A stretch of 64,000 nucleotides of DNA, from assembly GCA_963841735.1 (NCBI GenBank), contig CAWJDT010000001.1, forward strand, positions 128,001 to 192,000, read 5' to 3'. Below the pieces are notes generated by a model. The model made no database searches, was not told where the DNA came from, and saw nothing but the letters and a program-made list of their open reading frames with translations. This DNA comes from an uncultured Actinomycetes bacterium. GTDB taxonomy: Bacteria > Actinomycetota > Thermoleophilia > RBG-16-64-13. A program made the translations under genes and the position numbers. Positions 9,391 to 20,503 of the stretch are shown piece after piece. Numbering within the stretch: position 1 is the first letter of the stretch; each line of letters starts with the position of its first letter.

Positions 9391-11919
9391 CTAGCCCTCC
9401 CATTTCTCGATCTCGATGAGGCAGGAATTGGGCGTCATGCCCGGCACGTTCTTGGACATCATGCGTGAGGGGGTGAGCATGGCCACGCACCCACCCCGGT
9501 CCATGGAGTCTGCTTCGCCCGGCTGCAGCGGATCGTACAGGGCCGAGGATGCGTAGCTGTGGATAGTGCCGGGGCGGATGCGCCCGGTGATGACCGCCAT
9601 GCAAAGCACCGAGGCGCGGTCGTTGTAGAGCCGCACGATATCGTGGTTGTTGATGCCGCGCTCAGCCGCGTCCTCGGGGTTGACGCGCACCGGCCACCAC
9701 GGATGCCCGTCCTTCTTGATGCGGTGGGTCTCGATGTCGTTGAGCCAGTCGGTGTGCTTGTCGTAGTGACAATGGAACGAGAACCGCGGATGCGGGGAGA
9801 TAAGCTGAAGTGGGTACTTATCGTACAGCCCGGGTGTCCTGTAGCCCTCGAAGCTCTGGATGTACCGCGGCACCACCGGACGCTCGTCGTCGTCGGGGAA
9901 GTACTGCTTGAGGCTCTCCGACGCGAACTCGATCTTGCCGCTGAAAGTGCCCAACTCGCCGCCCTTATCGGTGAGGCGCTTGTTGTTACCCGGGTCGGGG
10001 GTGTCGCAATCCCTACCCTCGTAGAACCAACGCAGCCCAGGGGTGGCCTTGTAGTCGTCCTTGATGTTGATGATGTGGTAGCCCTTGCGGTTGAACTCTT
10101 CCCAGCTCACCTCGTTCGGCAGGTCGGAGATCTCGAAGAACTTCTTGACCCAGTCGGCCTCGGTCTTGCCACCATCGGTGTACTCGTTACGCAGGTCCAT
10201 CTTCTCGAAGATAAGCGCGAAGATCTCGTAGTCGGACTTGGACTCCCAAAGAGGCTCGATGCACTTCTGCTCGCGCACGACCACGCGGTAGTTGCAGCCA
10301 CTGCTGGCGTGCCAGGTGTAGCCGTTGACGGCCGCCCATTCGCCGATGTCGTCGCGCTCGAAGTTGGTGCAGGCCGGCAGGATGACGTCGGCCATGCGGG
10401 TCTCGCTGTTGAACCAGACGTCCTGATTGACCACGAACTCCAGCTTGGGGCTCTGGTACATGCGCACCCACTTGGTGGTGTCGGCCATGGTGCCCATGAA
10501 GGACCCACCGTAGCGGTACCACAGCTTGATCTCGGAGCAACCTTCGGCCGGGTAGTTGAAGTGAGTGAACTGCTGCTCCAGCGACTTGCCGCAGAAGCCC
10601 TCGCCGTGCCACTCGACGTGTCCTTCGAGGATGGCTTCCGGCACCGTGAGCCGCCACAGACGCTGCGGGTTGTTGTTCACGGGGATGTAGTCGCAGGCCA
10701 TGGGTGGACATCGACACACGCCCGGCGGGCTCACCGTAGGCTGGGAACCAAACAGTGGTGTCGTTGGGCGCGCCCATAGTGGTGCCCCAGATGCCGCGGC
10801 CCGGAGCGCCCAGACCCTGCATGGCCTGCAGCAGCACCATCATGCGGGCCCACTCGGTGGCGAACGCCTGCCGGCAGGCCCCGCCTTCGCCGCCGCGCGA
10901 TCCGCCGGAAAGAATGGTGCGCTTGGCGGTCCACTCGCGCGCCAGCGTGCGGATGACCCGGGCTTCGACGCCGGATTCCTCGGCAGCCCACTCGGGAGTC
11001 TTAGGCACCCCGTCGGTCTCACCCAGGATGTACTCCTTGAACTCCTCGAAGCCGAGGGTGCGATCGCGGACGTAGTCCTTGTTGTAAGTGTCTTCGGTGA
11101 TCCACACGTACGCTACGGCCATAGCCAGGGCCGCGTCGGTGCCCGGCCGCGGGGCGATCCACTTGCCCCCCATGACGGCGTTGGTGTAGTTGTGGAAGGG
11201 ATCTATGAAGACCATCTTGACGCCCTTCTCCTTGAGCCACTGCCGCCAAAGGGCGGAGTCCTGGCCGGAGTAGGTGCCCCGAGTGGTATCCGGGTCGTTG
11301 GACCAGTAGACGATCATCTCTGCGTTCTGCAGGGCGTCGCTCAGCATGTCGTAGGGCTCGGGCATACCCAGCCGCCACTGGAAGCCGTAGGTGTGAGTCG
11401 CCCCCCAGTGCCACCCCTCCCAGCTGTCAGGGTTGTCGAGCACCGGGGTGCCTTCCACCATGTTGAGGAAGCGGGCGAACGGGCCCCATCTTGTAGCCGA
11501 CGATGCCCCAGTTGTGATGCGAGGAGGTCAGGCCGCTGATGGCCGAACCACCGTATGTCTCTTTGACGCGCGTGAGCTCGGAAGCCACCAGCGTGGCCGC
11601 TTCGTCCCAGGAGATGCGTACATAGCGCGACTTGCCGCGGTTCTGCGGGTTGCGCTCGCCGTTGGGATCGAAATCCACCCGCTTCATGGGGTACTTGATG
11701 CGCTCGTCGGAGTAGATGCGACGACGCTCCGCATGTACGCAGGGTGAGAGTGTGACCTTCTTGGGCGGGGAGTACTCCTTGCCGTCGGCCTCGATGACCC
11801 AAGGCTTCGTAGTCGTCCGGGTCGACCACCAGCGGCCTGATCCTGACGATCTTTCCGTCTTTGACGTATACGGACACCGGCCCGCTATTGGTGCAGTTCG
11901 CGAAGACCTTTTCAGCCAT
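9391..11919 (-). CDS. Mo-bisPGD oxidoreductase, pyrogallol transhydroxylase family alpha subunit (copy 1); about 3 frameshifts
   Basis: [31 protein letters not shown] (Ser ligand), PRPGTD, GGACR, SPHPRFSFH; no Tat signal or N-terminal FeS motif. Confidence 0.85.
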
Positions 11920-11966
11920 CAAACATCAGCTCCCGGACTAGTGGGGATCGAAACTCGAGGGGCTAA

Positions 11967-12031
11967 ACGATATCTCGATATTATTGGATAATACTGTTAA
12001 TATCGTAGAGTAGGTTGCGTCGATTTGCAAG
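11967..12031 (-). promoter_or_regulatory. sigma70-type promoter (TTGCAA-N17-TACGAT) plus operator, homologous to 21697-21761
   Basis: -35 at 12025-12030, -10 at 12002-12007; downstream TATTATCCAATAATATCGAGATATCGT. Confidence 0.7.
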
Positions 12032-12074
12032 GAGTGCGGACGCTCTGCGACCCGCAAACCGCGTCGGGGGAGCC

Positions 12075-12880
12075 ATGGCGACGACGACAGTATCGCGAGA
12101 CACCGACGCCTTCCAGGTGAGAGCGCTGACCCGGGGCCTCTCTATCTTATGCCTGTTCGACGTCGACAACCGGGAATGGACCATAGACGAGATGGCCGAG
12201 CAGACCGGCTTGGTTCGTATGACGGTCTATCGGATGGCCCGCACTCTCGAGTCCATGGCGTTTCTGGTACGAATCCTTCGACCAACCACTACAGGTTGGG
12301 GCCGGCCATCATCGCCATGCGATACGTCTCCGACGACCAGTCGGGTTTTGTGAATGCAGCGCGCCCCTTTCTGGAAGTCGCTTGCGCGTGAGACGGGTGA
12401 GTCCGTCACGCTCGCCGTCGAGGTCGATGGCTATCCGGTTTGCGTGGACATCATCAACACCACTCGCCCCTTCAAGCGCCGCACCGCTCCCGGACGAATC
12501 TTGGGCAACGTGGCCACGGTGCACGGCAAGCTATTCAATGCGTTCGAAGCCCCGCGGAGAGACAGGCGATGCTGGCCAAACCCGTGCTGCAGAGAATGAC
12601 CGACACTGTCGTCGATCGCGAGGCCATCTTGGCGGAACTGGATCAGGTCGCCCACGATGGGAGTGGCCTACGACATCGAGGGCACCTACAGCGGGCCTCT
12701 GCGCGGTGGGGGCCCCTGTGCGCGATCAGTTCGGCGCTGTAGCCGCGGCGATGTCGGTGGTCATGCCGGCCGGGCGCTTCGGGCCGGCCGAGAGGGCGCT
12801 ATGCACCGAGGCGGTCAAGAAGGCTGCCACTGTCGTTCTCGGCCTACCTAGGTTGGACTCCTGGACGGTCTTCCACCTAG
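12075..12880 (+). CDS. IclR-family transcriptional regulator; several frameshifts
   Basis: VRALTRGLSIL HTH, ETGESVTL, ATVHGK, CAVGAPVRD; fragments co-linear with the paralog at 17953-18771. Confidence 0.8.
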
Positions 12881-12909
12881 TTTGGCTCAACCGTGTTCCA
12901 GAGACACCA

Positions 12910-12937
12910 TTGACTACAAGCTCACGAAAGGTATAGT
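12910..12937 (+). promoter_or_regulatory. Putative promoter TTGACT-N16-TATAGT
   Basis: Near-consensus boxes upstream of the Mo-enzyme start at 13012. Confidence 0.45.
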
Positions 12938-13011
12938 CCCTAGGCCAAGACTCCTTGAAGACCCTTGTGAAGTCGCCGTTGACACCCCTCCTTCGAAAGG
13001 ACCCGATTGCG

Positions 13012-15648
13012 ATGGCAGACGAGAAGCGCAAGAAGGTCGACGTTAGCGTCGACAAGGTAACGATCAAGAACTTGGCTATGGGGGGGCTACTGGGAGGCGG
13101 CGGAGAGTGCTTCGTCGACGTCAAGGACGGCAAGGCCGTAAGGATCAGGCCGTACAAGTACGACTGGAAGACAGGATTTCGAGAAGCTCAGACCCCTGGA
13201 CCATCGAGCGCAACGGCGAGACGCTGAGGCCCCTGGCCAAAGCCCTTCCGGCACCGTTCTCGCTCGCTTACAAGAAGAGGACGTTTTCGCCCAACCGGGT
13301 GAAGTTCCCCATGGTGCGGGTCGACTGGGACCCGAACGGCGAGCGTAATCCCCAGAACCGCGGCAAAAGCAAGTACAGGCGGATCTCCTGGGACGAAGCC
13401 GATCGACATCATCGCCGCCGAGATCAGACGGATCCACAAGGAATATGGCCCGCTCGCCATCCTCGCCCAAGGCGATGGCCACGGCGAGAACAAGACCATC
13501 CATACCCCCCACGGCCACCAGGCCCGGCTGCTCGACATGATGGGCGGGTTCACCCAGCAGGTCCGCAACCCGGACAGCTGGGAAGGCTGGTACTGGGGAG
13601 CCAAGCACGTGTGGGGCCAGGGCTTCCAAGGCATGATGTCGCCGGCGGCCAACCTCATCAAGGACATCTCCGAGAATTGCGACATGGTGCTCAAGTGGGG
13701 CTGCGACGAAGAGACCACCCCTTGGGGCTTCACCGGCCAGTACGCCAGCCGCATCTCCCAGTTCTGGACGCGCGCGGGCATCAAGCAGGTGTACATCTGC
13801 CCCGACCTCAACTACGCCGCCGCGGTCCACGGTGACAAGTGGATCCCGGTGCTTCCCAACACCGACGCCGCTCTGCAGCTGGCCATCATCTATGTGTGGC
13901 TGACTGAGGACACCTGGAACAAGGAGTACGTCAAGACCCACGCGGTCGGCATGGATGAGGTGGCCGAGTACGTTCTGGGCAACGACGAGGACGGCCACAG
14001 CCAAGACCCCCGAGTGGGCCTCGAAGATCTGCGGCGTGCCTGAGTGGACCATCAAGGCCCTAGCGCGGGAGTTTGCCAAGAACATCACTTCGATCATCCA
14101 CTACTTCGGCGGTTCGGCCTTCCGCGGCCCGTACTCGCACGAACCCGGCCGGCTGGAGTGCGTGCTGTTGGGCATGCAGGGGCTCGGCGGGCCCGGCGTG
14201 CACCAGTGCCAGATGACCTACTTCGGCATGCCTCGGGCCGAGGGTCTGGGAAGCGTCCGCTTCTTCAACCCCGATCTGCCCGAGCGACTCACCAAGCCCT
14301 GCTGGACCACGGTGCACGCTTGGGGCCCGCAGCTCATCCCCAAGACCCTCATCCAGGACGCCATCATGAAGGCCCCGTTGGTCTTCCACGGCAGCGGCGG
14401 CCAGGAGTGCCAGACCGAGGAGCAGTTCACCAAGCTACACCTACCCGATCGCGAAGGAAAAGGGCGGCGTCCGCATCCACATGATGTGGACCGACACGCC
14501 GTGCCGCATCACCTGCTGGAACCACGGCAACTGGACTATCGAGGCCATGAAGGACCAGAGCATCGAGTTCGTCTTGGCTCAGCACCCTTGGCTGGAGAAC
14601 GACTGCCTCTACGCCGACATGATCCTGCCGGCCAACACCACGCTCGAGGTCGAGGACATCGTCACCACCACCCGGCAGGGCCCACACTTCGCCAGCGTCT
14701 CCATCCAGGAGCAGTCGATCCTCCCGGTGGGCGAGTCGAAGAGCGACTACGAGATCGTGGCCGACCATCGCCGAGACGTTGGGCAAGGGCGACGAGTTCA
14801 GCGGCGGCCTCTCCACCCTGGACCTGCAGAAGCTGGTCTTCGACGCCATGAAGATGGACAAGCTCACCACGTGGGAAGACTTCTACGAAAAGAAGACCTA
14901 CGTGTACGCCACCGCCCACGACTGGGAAGCATGACCCGCCAGGCTTCCGCAAGTTCTACGAGGACCCGAAGGCGAATCCGCTTCCGACCCCCACCGGCCT
15001 GCTTGGAGTTCTACTCCGAGGCGCTGGCAGTGCACTTTCCCGACGACAAAGAACGCCCACCGTTCCCGAAGTGGGTGCCGAAGGGCATCACGCACGACGA
15101 GGACCTCTCGAGCGAGCGCGCCGACATGTTCCCGCTGCTGCTGATGTCCAACCACCCGCGCTGGCGCACGCACGCCCAGGGCGACGACATCAGCTGGACC
15201 CGTGAGACCCCGACCGGCAAGGTACTGGGCTTCGACGGCTACCGGTACGAGCCCATCTGGATCAACCCGGCCGACGCTGCAGACACGCTGCATCAACGAC
15301 GGCGACGTGGTCAAGATCTTCAACGAGCGCGGCATCGTGCTCGTGGGCGCCCGCGTCTGGGAGCGCATCCGACCCGGCGTGGTCTACGTAGATCACGGTG
15401 CGCGGCACGACCCACTGGTGCCCGGCAAGGTGGACCGCGGTGGCGCCATCAACACCATCGCCCCCAACGGGCTTACGTCGAAGAACTGCTGCGGCCAGGC
15501 CACGAGCGGCTACCTGGTAGACGTTGCGAAGGTCAAGAACGAGGAATGGGAGAAATGGCGCAGGGAGCATCCTGAGGCTTTCGCCAGAAAGTACGACCAA
15601 GGTGCAGGCTTGCGCTTCGACGCCTGGATAGAGGGAGACGACAAATGA
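13012..15648 (+). CDS. Mo-bisPGD oxidoreductase, transhydroxylase-related alpha subunit (copy 2, divergent); many frameshifts
   Basis: [55 protein letters not shown] spread over about 7 ORF fragments. Confidence 0.8.
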
Positions 15649-16463
15649 AGGCTTTCGTCATCGACGTCGAGCTCTGCGTAGGCTGCTACGCCTGCCAGTT
15701 CGTCTGCAAAGACGAGCACGTCGGCAACGACTGGTCGCCCATCGCCAAACCCCAGCCCGACACCGGCCAGTTCTGGATGAGGCTGGACGAGCACATCCGC
15801 GGCACCGTGCCCAAGGTCGAGATGCACTACATCCCGAATCCGTGCATGCACTGCGCCGAACCCCCGTGCGTGCCGCCGTGCCCGATCGAGGGCGCCATCT
15901 ACAAGCGCGAAGACGGCCTGGTCATCATCGATTCAGAGAAGTGCACCGGTTGCGGGCGCTGCGTGGATGTCTGCCCGTACGCGGCCATCTACTTCAACGA
16001 CGACCTCCACCTGGCGCAGAAGTGCACCGGTTGCGCCCACCTGCTGGACGGCGGCGAGTGGACGGTGCCCAGATGCGTCGATGCCTGCCCTACCGAGGCG
16101 ATCAAGTTCGGCGAGGAGAGCGAGTTCGCGGCCGAGATCGCCAAGGCTGAGGTGCTGAGGCCCGAGTTGGGCCACAAGCCCCGCGTCTACTACCTGAACA
16201 TCCCCAAGAAGTTCATCGGCGGCACGGTCTACGATCCGGCGGACAAGGAAGTCATAGTGGGTGCCAGCTGCACGCTGGCCGGTGCGGATGACAAGACGCT
16301 GACCGCGACGACGGATGGCTTCGGCGACTTCTGGTTCCGCGGCCTGGCCGACGGCGCCAGCTACAAACTGACCATCGCGGCGAAGGGCTTCAAAGACAAG
16401 ACCTTCGATGCCGTGGTCACCGAGAAGGACGTCAACCTGGGAGATATCGCGCTGACGAAGTAG
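15645..16463 (+). CDS. FeS beta subunit (4x[4Fe-4S] with C-terminal beta-sandwich)
   Basis: Four complete Cys motifs including CTGCGRCVDVCPY; TDGFGDFWF domain; ATGA overlap. Confidence 0.9.
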   Translation: MKAFVIDVELCVGCYACQFVCKDEHVGNDWSPIAKPQPDTGQFWMRLDEHIRGTVPKVEMHYIPNPCMHCAEPPCVPPCPIEGAIYKREDGLVIIDSEKCTGCGRCVDVCPYAAIYFNDDLHLAQKCTGCAHLLDGGEWTVPRCVDACPTEAIKFGEESEFAAEIAKAEVLRPELGHKPRVYYLNIPKKFIGGTVYDPADKEVIVGASCTLAGADDKTLTATTDGFGDFWFRGLADGASYKLTIAAKGFKDKTFDAVVTEKDVNLGDIALTK

Positions 16464-16515
16464 CCGGCCAGGTAGCGGGGCGAAGCCCCGACGCATTGAA
16501 GCTCGGAACGCAGTT

Positions 16516-16547
16516 CGGGGCCCCGTCGCGGAAGCGACGGGGCCCCG
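16516..16547 (+). terminator. Rho-independent terminator-like hairpin
   Basis: CGGGGCCCCGTCGC-GGAA-GCGACGGGGCCCCG followed by GTTT. Confidence 0.7.
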
Positions 16548-16798
16548 GTTTGTCTTGAGGCAAGCAAGACCCCGCGGGCTTCGGCGGCAAGCGATCCCAC
16601 CGCCGAATCTGCCCTATCCCAGATGCTCTTGGTTCGAAGGGCGTCCGGTACTGCCCGCCACCTCTGTTCCCGGGGTGAACCGCATGGCCCCGTGCGCGTG
16701 AAACGCCGCGTGTCTCACATCAACTTGTTCAAATCCAGTATCCCCCTGTAGCCCCACTCGTTTCTAGTGCCGGCATAGCCGCCTGCCCCCGCGCAATG

Positions 16799-17347
16799 TC
16801 ACATGTGGAGGCGCTCCATCGGGGGCATGCGCTGGTATTCAGGCTTGGACTCTATCATCTTCCGGAGCGTATCGAACCAGTTCTGCAAGGCCTTTGCCTC
16901 TGACGTCTCCGCGTCGTCGGCATTCGGCCAGGCAACGGTTTTCCACATGCCATCCGCCTGCATCTCCAGGGAGTAGCCTGTGGGTGTGCTGGCGGTCACA
17001 CGCGTCTTCGGCCGGAAGTCCGCGGGATAGTCGAGGATATGCATGGCGCGCAGATCCTGGTACAGACTGGCAAGTTCCTCGCTGGTGAGGCGCAGTTCGG
17101 CTGTGGGGTTCGACTTGGTCTCACTGTTGATGTTCTTGGTAAAGGTCCCCTCGAAGGTATCAACGCGGTCCCCCGTAAAGACCCCGTATGCGGCGATGAA
17201 GCCGAAGTCGGCCGGCATGACGGCCGGGAGCTGAACGGCCGACGTGGTCATTGGTGCCGAGGATTCGCAGCCAAATGCGAACGTTCCAACCGCAACGCAA
17301 CCGAGCAGGACACTGCGTATGAGCAGGGAGCGAATACGCATCGCCAT
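16799..17347 (-). CDS. Hypothetical lipoprotein
   Basis: Signal peptide with AFGC lipobox; YG...DTFEGTFTK motif. Confidence 0.7.
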   Translation of the reverse strand: MAMRIRSLLIRSVLLGCVAVGTFAFGCESSAPMTTSAVQLPAVMPADFGFIAAYGVFTGDRVDTFEGTFTKNINSETKSNPTAELRLTSEELASLYQDLRAMHILDYPADFRPKTRVTASTPTGYSLEMQADGMWKTVAWPNADDAETSEAKALQNWFDTLRKMIESKPEYQRMPPMERLHM

Positions 17348-17505
17348 GGCTACCCCCGAATGTCGATCTAGCCCATTCTACCTCTGGCCACTCGCCGCTT
17401 GTGTTCGAGGTCTGCACAGTATCGCCCGCTCAGCGGATAGCACAGCATATGGGGTGTCGCCCACAGAACCTCGGACGTAGCTCAGTAGGAGGCCCCATAG
17501 AACGT

Positions 17506-17727
17506 CTACCTCGAACCCCCGCGACCATGACTAGCATTCAGCGGCAGGATCTTCCGCCTGCCACATCTTTCACATTCCACCTCGACTGCATACTGCGTTG
17601 GCTGCGCCGCAGCCCGGTAGGAATGCAGGCCCACTCTGCACGGTAATGGCTTCTTCCATACTTGGTCTCTCACGATGCCCTCCGCCCGAAGCATTCGTCC
17701 GTCGCTCACCCCTGAGCAACGCATCAA
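17506..17727 (-). CDS. Small hypothetical Zn-ribbon-like protein (start uncertain)
   Basis: CRVGLH...CERCG pattern. Confidence 0.35.
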   Translation of the reverse strand: MMRCSGVSDGRMLRAEGIVRDQVWKKPLPCRVGLHSYRAAAQPTQYAVEVECERCGRRKILPLNASHGRGGSR

Positions 17728-17952
17728 CGTCGCCCCGCTGCCATGTCCGTACCTCGGCTTATTCTACTTGTATCTGTGGTCTTGGGGATCTCGCTCTCCT
17801 TCGCAGCCGCACCTGCCTGGTGCGGGCGCGCACCCAAAGCTGAGGAGACCTCGCGCACGCGCCGGCTACTAGTCTGAGAGGGTGGAGGAGGCCCCGTGCG
17901 CCCCTCGGCCACAGGGGCCTGTGAGTGAAGGGAGCCCGCGCGACCCCCGGGG

Positions 17953-18771
17953 TTACCGGTGTGAGTAGCCCAGGAACGCCGAGATCGTCGCCGCGGAGGC
18001 CTTGACGGCCTCGCCGTAGGCCCGCTTCTCCTTGGGACCAAAGCGCCCGGTGGGGACGATCAGAGAGACGGCCGCCACCACTACGCCGAGCTGGTCGCGC
18101 ACGGGTGCCGCCACCGCGCAGGTGCCGACGTTGCGCTCTTCCATGTCGAAAGCCACCCCGGCGCTTGCCACTCGGTCCAGCTCGGCGGCAAGCTCAGTGG
18201 GTTCGGTGATGGTGTTGGGAGTCAGCTGGGGATGAGGGCTGGCGAGGATGCCTTCCCTCTCAGCAACAGACTTGAAGGCCGAGAAGACCTTGCCATTGGC
18301 GCTGGCCGTGTCGCCGATGATGCGCCCCACGGCGACCTCACGACGGAAGGGGCGGGGGGTGTCGACCATGTCGACACTCACCGCCACCCCGTCGACTTCC
18401 ATAGCTAGGGTAGCCGCTTCACCCGTCTTCTCTGTGAGCTCCTGCAGATACGGGCGCGAGATGGCCGCGAGCTCGGCGTAGCCCTCCGACAGATAGGTGG
18501 AGGAGAGCAACGCCGGGCCCAGATGGTACCGATTGGTCACCGAATCGCGCACCAGGTACCAGGCCGACTCCATGGTCCGAATCATTCGATAGGCAGTCAT
18601 GCGGGGAAGACCGGCGCGTTCCGCGATCTCGTCCAGAGTCCATTCCCGGTTCTCGGCGTCGAACAGTGAGAGTATCGAAAGCCCCTTAGCCAGGGCACGC
18701 ACCATGAAGGCGCTGTCCCCACCGTTTGCAGACTTCGCACGTTGCTCTGTTCTAGCTTCCGTTCCGGCCAT
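17953..18771 (-). CDS. IclR-family transcriptional regulator
   Basis: VRALAKGLSIL HTH, TGEAATL, SANGK, TPNTIT, CAVAAPVRD. Confidence 0.93.
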   Translation of the reverse strand: MAGTEARTEQRAKSANGGDSAFMVRALAKGLSILSLFDAENREWTLDEIAERAGLPRMTAYRMIRTMESAWYLVRDSVTNRYHLGPALLSSTYLSEGYAELAAISRPYLQELTEKTGEAATLAMEVDGVAVSVDMVDTPRPFRREVAVGRIIGDTASANGKVFSAFKSVAEREGILASPHPQLTPNTITEPTELAAELDRVASAGVAFDMEERNVGTCAVAAPVRDQLGVVVAAVSLIVPTGRFGPKEKRAYGEAVKASAATISAFLGYSHR

Positions 18772-18802
18772 GCTGCTCTCTTCCCCCTGGTCCGCGCTCA
18801 AA

Positions 18803-19579
18803 TCACGCGAAGGCCATTGTCCCGCCGTCGGGATACAGGATAGTGCCCGTGACGAAATCGGACGCTGCCGAAGCCAAGAACACCGCCGGACCAATGAGGT
18901 CCTCGGGCTCGCCAAACCGTCCCATGGGGATGTTGTTCAGCGTCTTGGCGTAGCGCTCGGGATTGTTCTTGATGGTCTCTTTGGTCATGGGCGTAGCGGT
19001 GATGATGGGGCCCAAGGCGTTCACCAGAACGTTCTTGGACGCCAACTCCACAGCCAGAGTGCGGGTGATCATGTCCACGGCGCCCTTGGTGGCGCAGTAG
19101 CCCATGTTGCCACCACCGGCAGCACGCAGGCCACGGATAGATGACAGGTTGATGATCTTGCCGCCACCCTGCTCGACCATGTGAGCCGCGAAGTTCTTGC
19201 AACACAGCATGACGCCGCGCACGTTGACCGAGAACAGCTTGTCCCACGCCTCGGCGGGAAACTCAGTTGCGGCACCCTTGATGTTGAAGCCCTGGGCGTT
19301 CACCAACACGTGCACACGACCCATGTCGGCTACGGTGTTCTTGACCAACGCCTGGATGTTGTCTTCCTGGTCGGTGTTGACCGAGTAGGTTTTCACCTTT
19401 GCGCCGGTCTTGGCTTCGATCTCAGCGGCCGCGCTCTTCAGCCCGTCCTCGTTGATGTCGGCGATAGCTACCTGTGCTCCGTACTCCGCCAGGCCAGCCG
19501 CGAGCACTCGCCCGAGACCACCGGCGCCGCCGATGACCACCGCGTTCTTACCCTTCAGCGAAAAGAGATTATCTTTCAT
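18803..19579 (-). CDS. SDR family oxidoreductase (NAD(H)-type; phloroglucinol-reductase-like)
   Basis: GGAGGLG, IADIN (Asp), SSIR, YCATK, VNALGP, DGG. Confidence 0.85.
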   Translation of the reverse strand: MKDNLFSLKGKNAVVIGGAGGLGRVLAAGLAEYGAQVAIADINEDGLKSAAAEIEAKTGAKVKTYSVNTDQEDNIQALVKNTVADMGRVHVLVNAQGFNIKGAATEFPAEAWDKLFSVNVRGVMLCCKNFAAHMVEQGGGKIINLSSIRGLRAAGGGNMGYCATKGAVDMITRTLAVELASKNVLVNALGPIITATPMTKETIKNNPERYAKTLNNIPMGRFGEPEDLIGPAVFLASAASDFVTGTILYPDGGTMAFA

Positions 19580-19619
19580 CGTGTCTCCCTCTACTAGCAT
19601 TTAAGAATTACGGTCGCTC

Positions 19620-20459
19620 TCAGACCTTCTTGGTGAGGCCCAGGATCTCGCGCGTTTCTGCTGCATTGGCGATCTCGCGACCGGCAAGCTTGCCGAGCTC
19701 GACCGCACGGGCCACAAGCTGCGGGTTGGTGGCCAACACGCCCTTCTCAAAAAAGATGTTGTCTTCAAGACCCACTCTGAGACCATCGCAACCCTCGGCG
19801 AGGCCCATGAGCATGCAGGGCATGTGGTACTTGCCGATGCCCGAGATCGACCACGTGGAGCCGGCCGGGATCTTGGGTAGCAGGTAGGCAAGCGACTCCA
19901 CGGTGCCGGGCATGCCGCCGGCAACGCCCAGAACGAACTGGCAGTGCAGCGGGGCCTTGAGGAACCCCTTCTTGAGATAGAAGTCCGTGTTGCCGATCAT
20001 GCCGGCGTCGAAGATCTCGATCTCAGGCTTGACGCCCAGCTCCTGCGACAGTGTGCCCAGCTCTTCCAGAAACTTGGGTTCGTTGAGGAACACGTAGCTG
20101 TTGCCCCAGTTCATGGTGCCGGGGTCATACGAGCACATCTCGGGCTTGACCAGCGCGAGGTGGCTCATGCGCTGCTCGTAGCTGAACTTGGAACCGGAAG
20201 TGGTGACGTTGATGACCACGTCAAGCCCTGCGGCGGCCACCTTCTCGCGTATCTTGCCCACGACCTCTACGAAGATGTCCTTGTCCATCACGTTGACGCC
20301 CTTCGCGTCGCGCACATGGACATGGAGGATGGAGGCCCCTGCCTTCACGCACTCCAGGCCGTCGGCGGCTATCTCGTCGGGCGTGATGGGAACATTGGGA
20401 TTCTGTTCTTTGGTAGTACCTACTCCGCAAAGGGCGCAGGTGATGATCAGCTTGCTCAT
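19620..20459 (-). CDS. beta-keto acid cleavage enzyme (BKACE/DUF849, Kce family)
   Basis: IITCALCG, ILHVHVRD, TTSG, KPEIEIFD, RVGLEDN. Confidence 0.93.
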   Translation of the reverse strand: MSKLIITCALCGVGTTKEQNPNVPITPDEIAADGLECVKAGASILHVHVRDAKGVNVMDKDIFVEVVGKIREKVAAAGLDVVINVTTSGSKFSYEQRMSHLALVKPEMCSYDPGTMNWGNSYVFLNEPKFLEELGTLSQELGVKPEIEIFDAGMIGNTDFYLKKGFLKAPLHCQFVLGVAGGMPGTVESLAYLLPKIPAGSTWSISGIGKYHMPCMLMGLAEGCDGLRVGLEDNIFFEKGVLATNPQLVARAVELGKLAGREIANAAETREILGLTKKV

Positions 20460-20503
20460 ATCAGATCACTCTCCTAGTGAAGGGTCGGAATCGATCTCGT
20501 GGT

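Noticed and set aside
9391-15648. Selenocysteine/pyrrolysine read-through or programmed frameshifting in the split Mo-enzyme genes
   Set aside because: The breaks are frame changes rather than in-frame TGA/TAG, the ligand is Ser (PDSWEG), and I saw no slippery sites or SECIS-like hairpins at the junctions.
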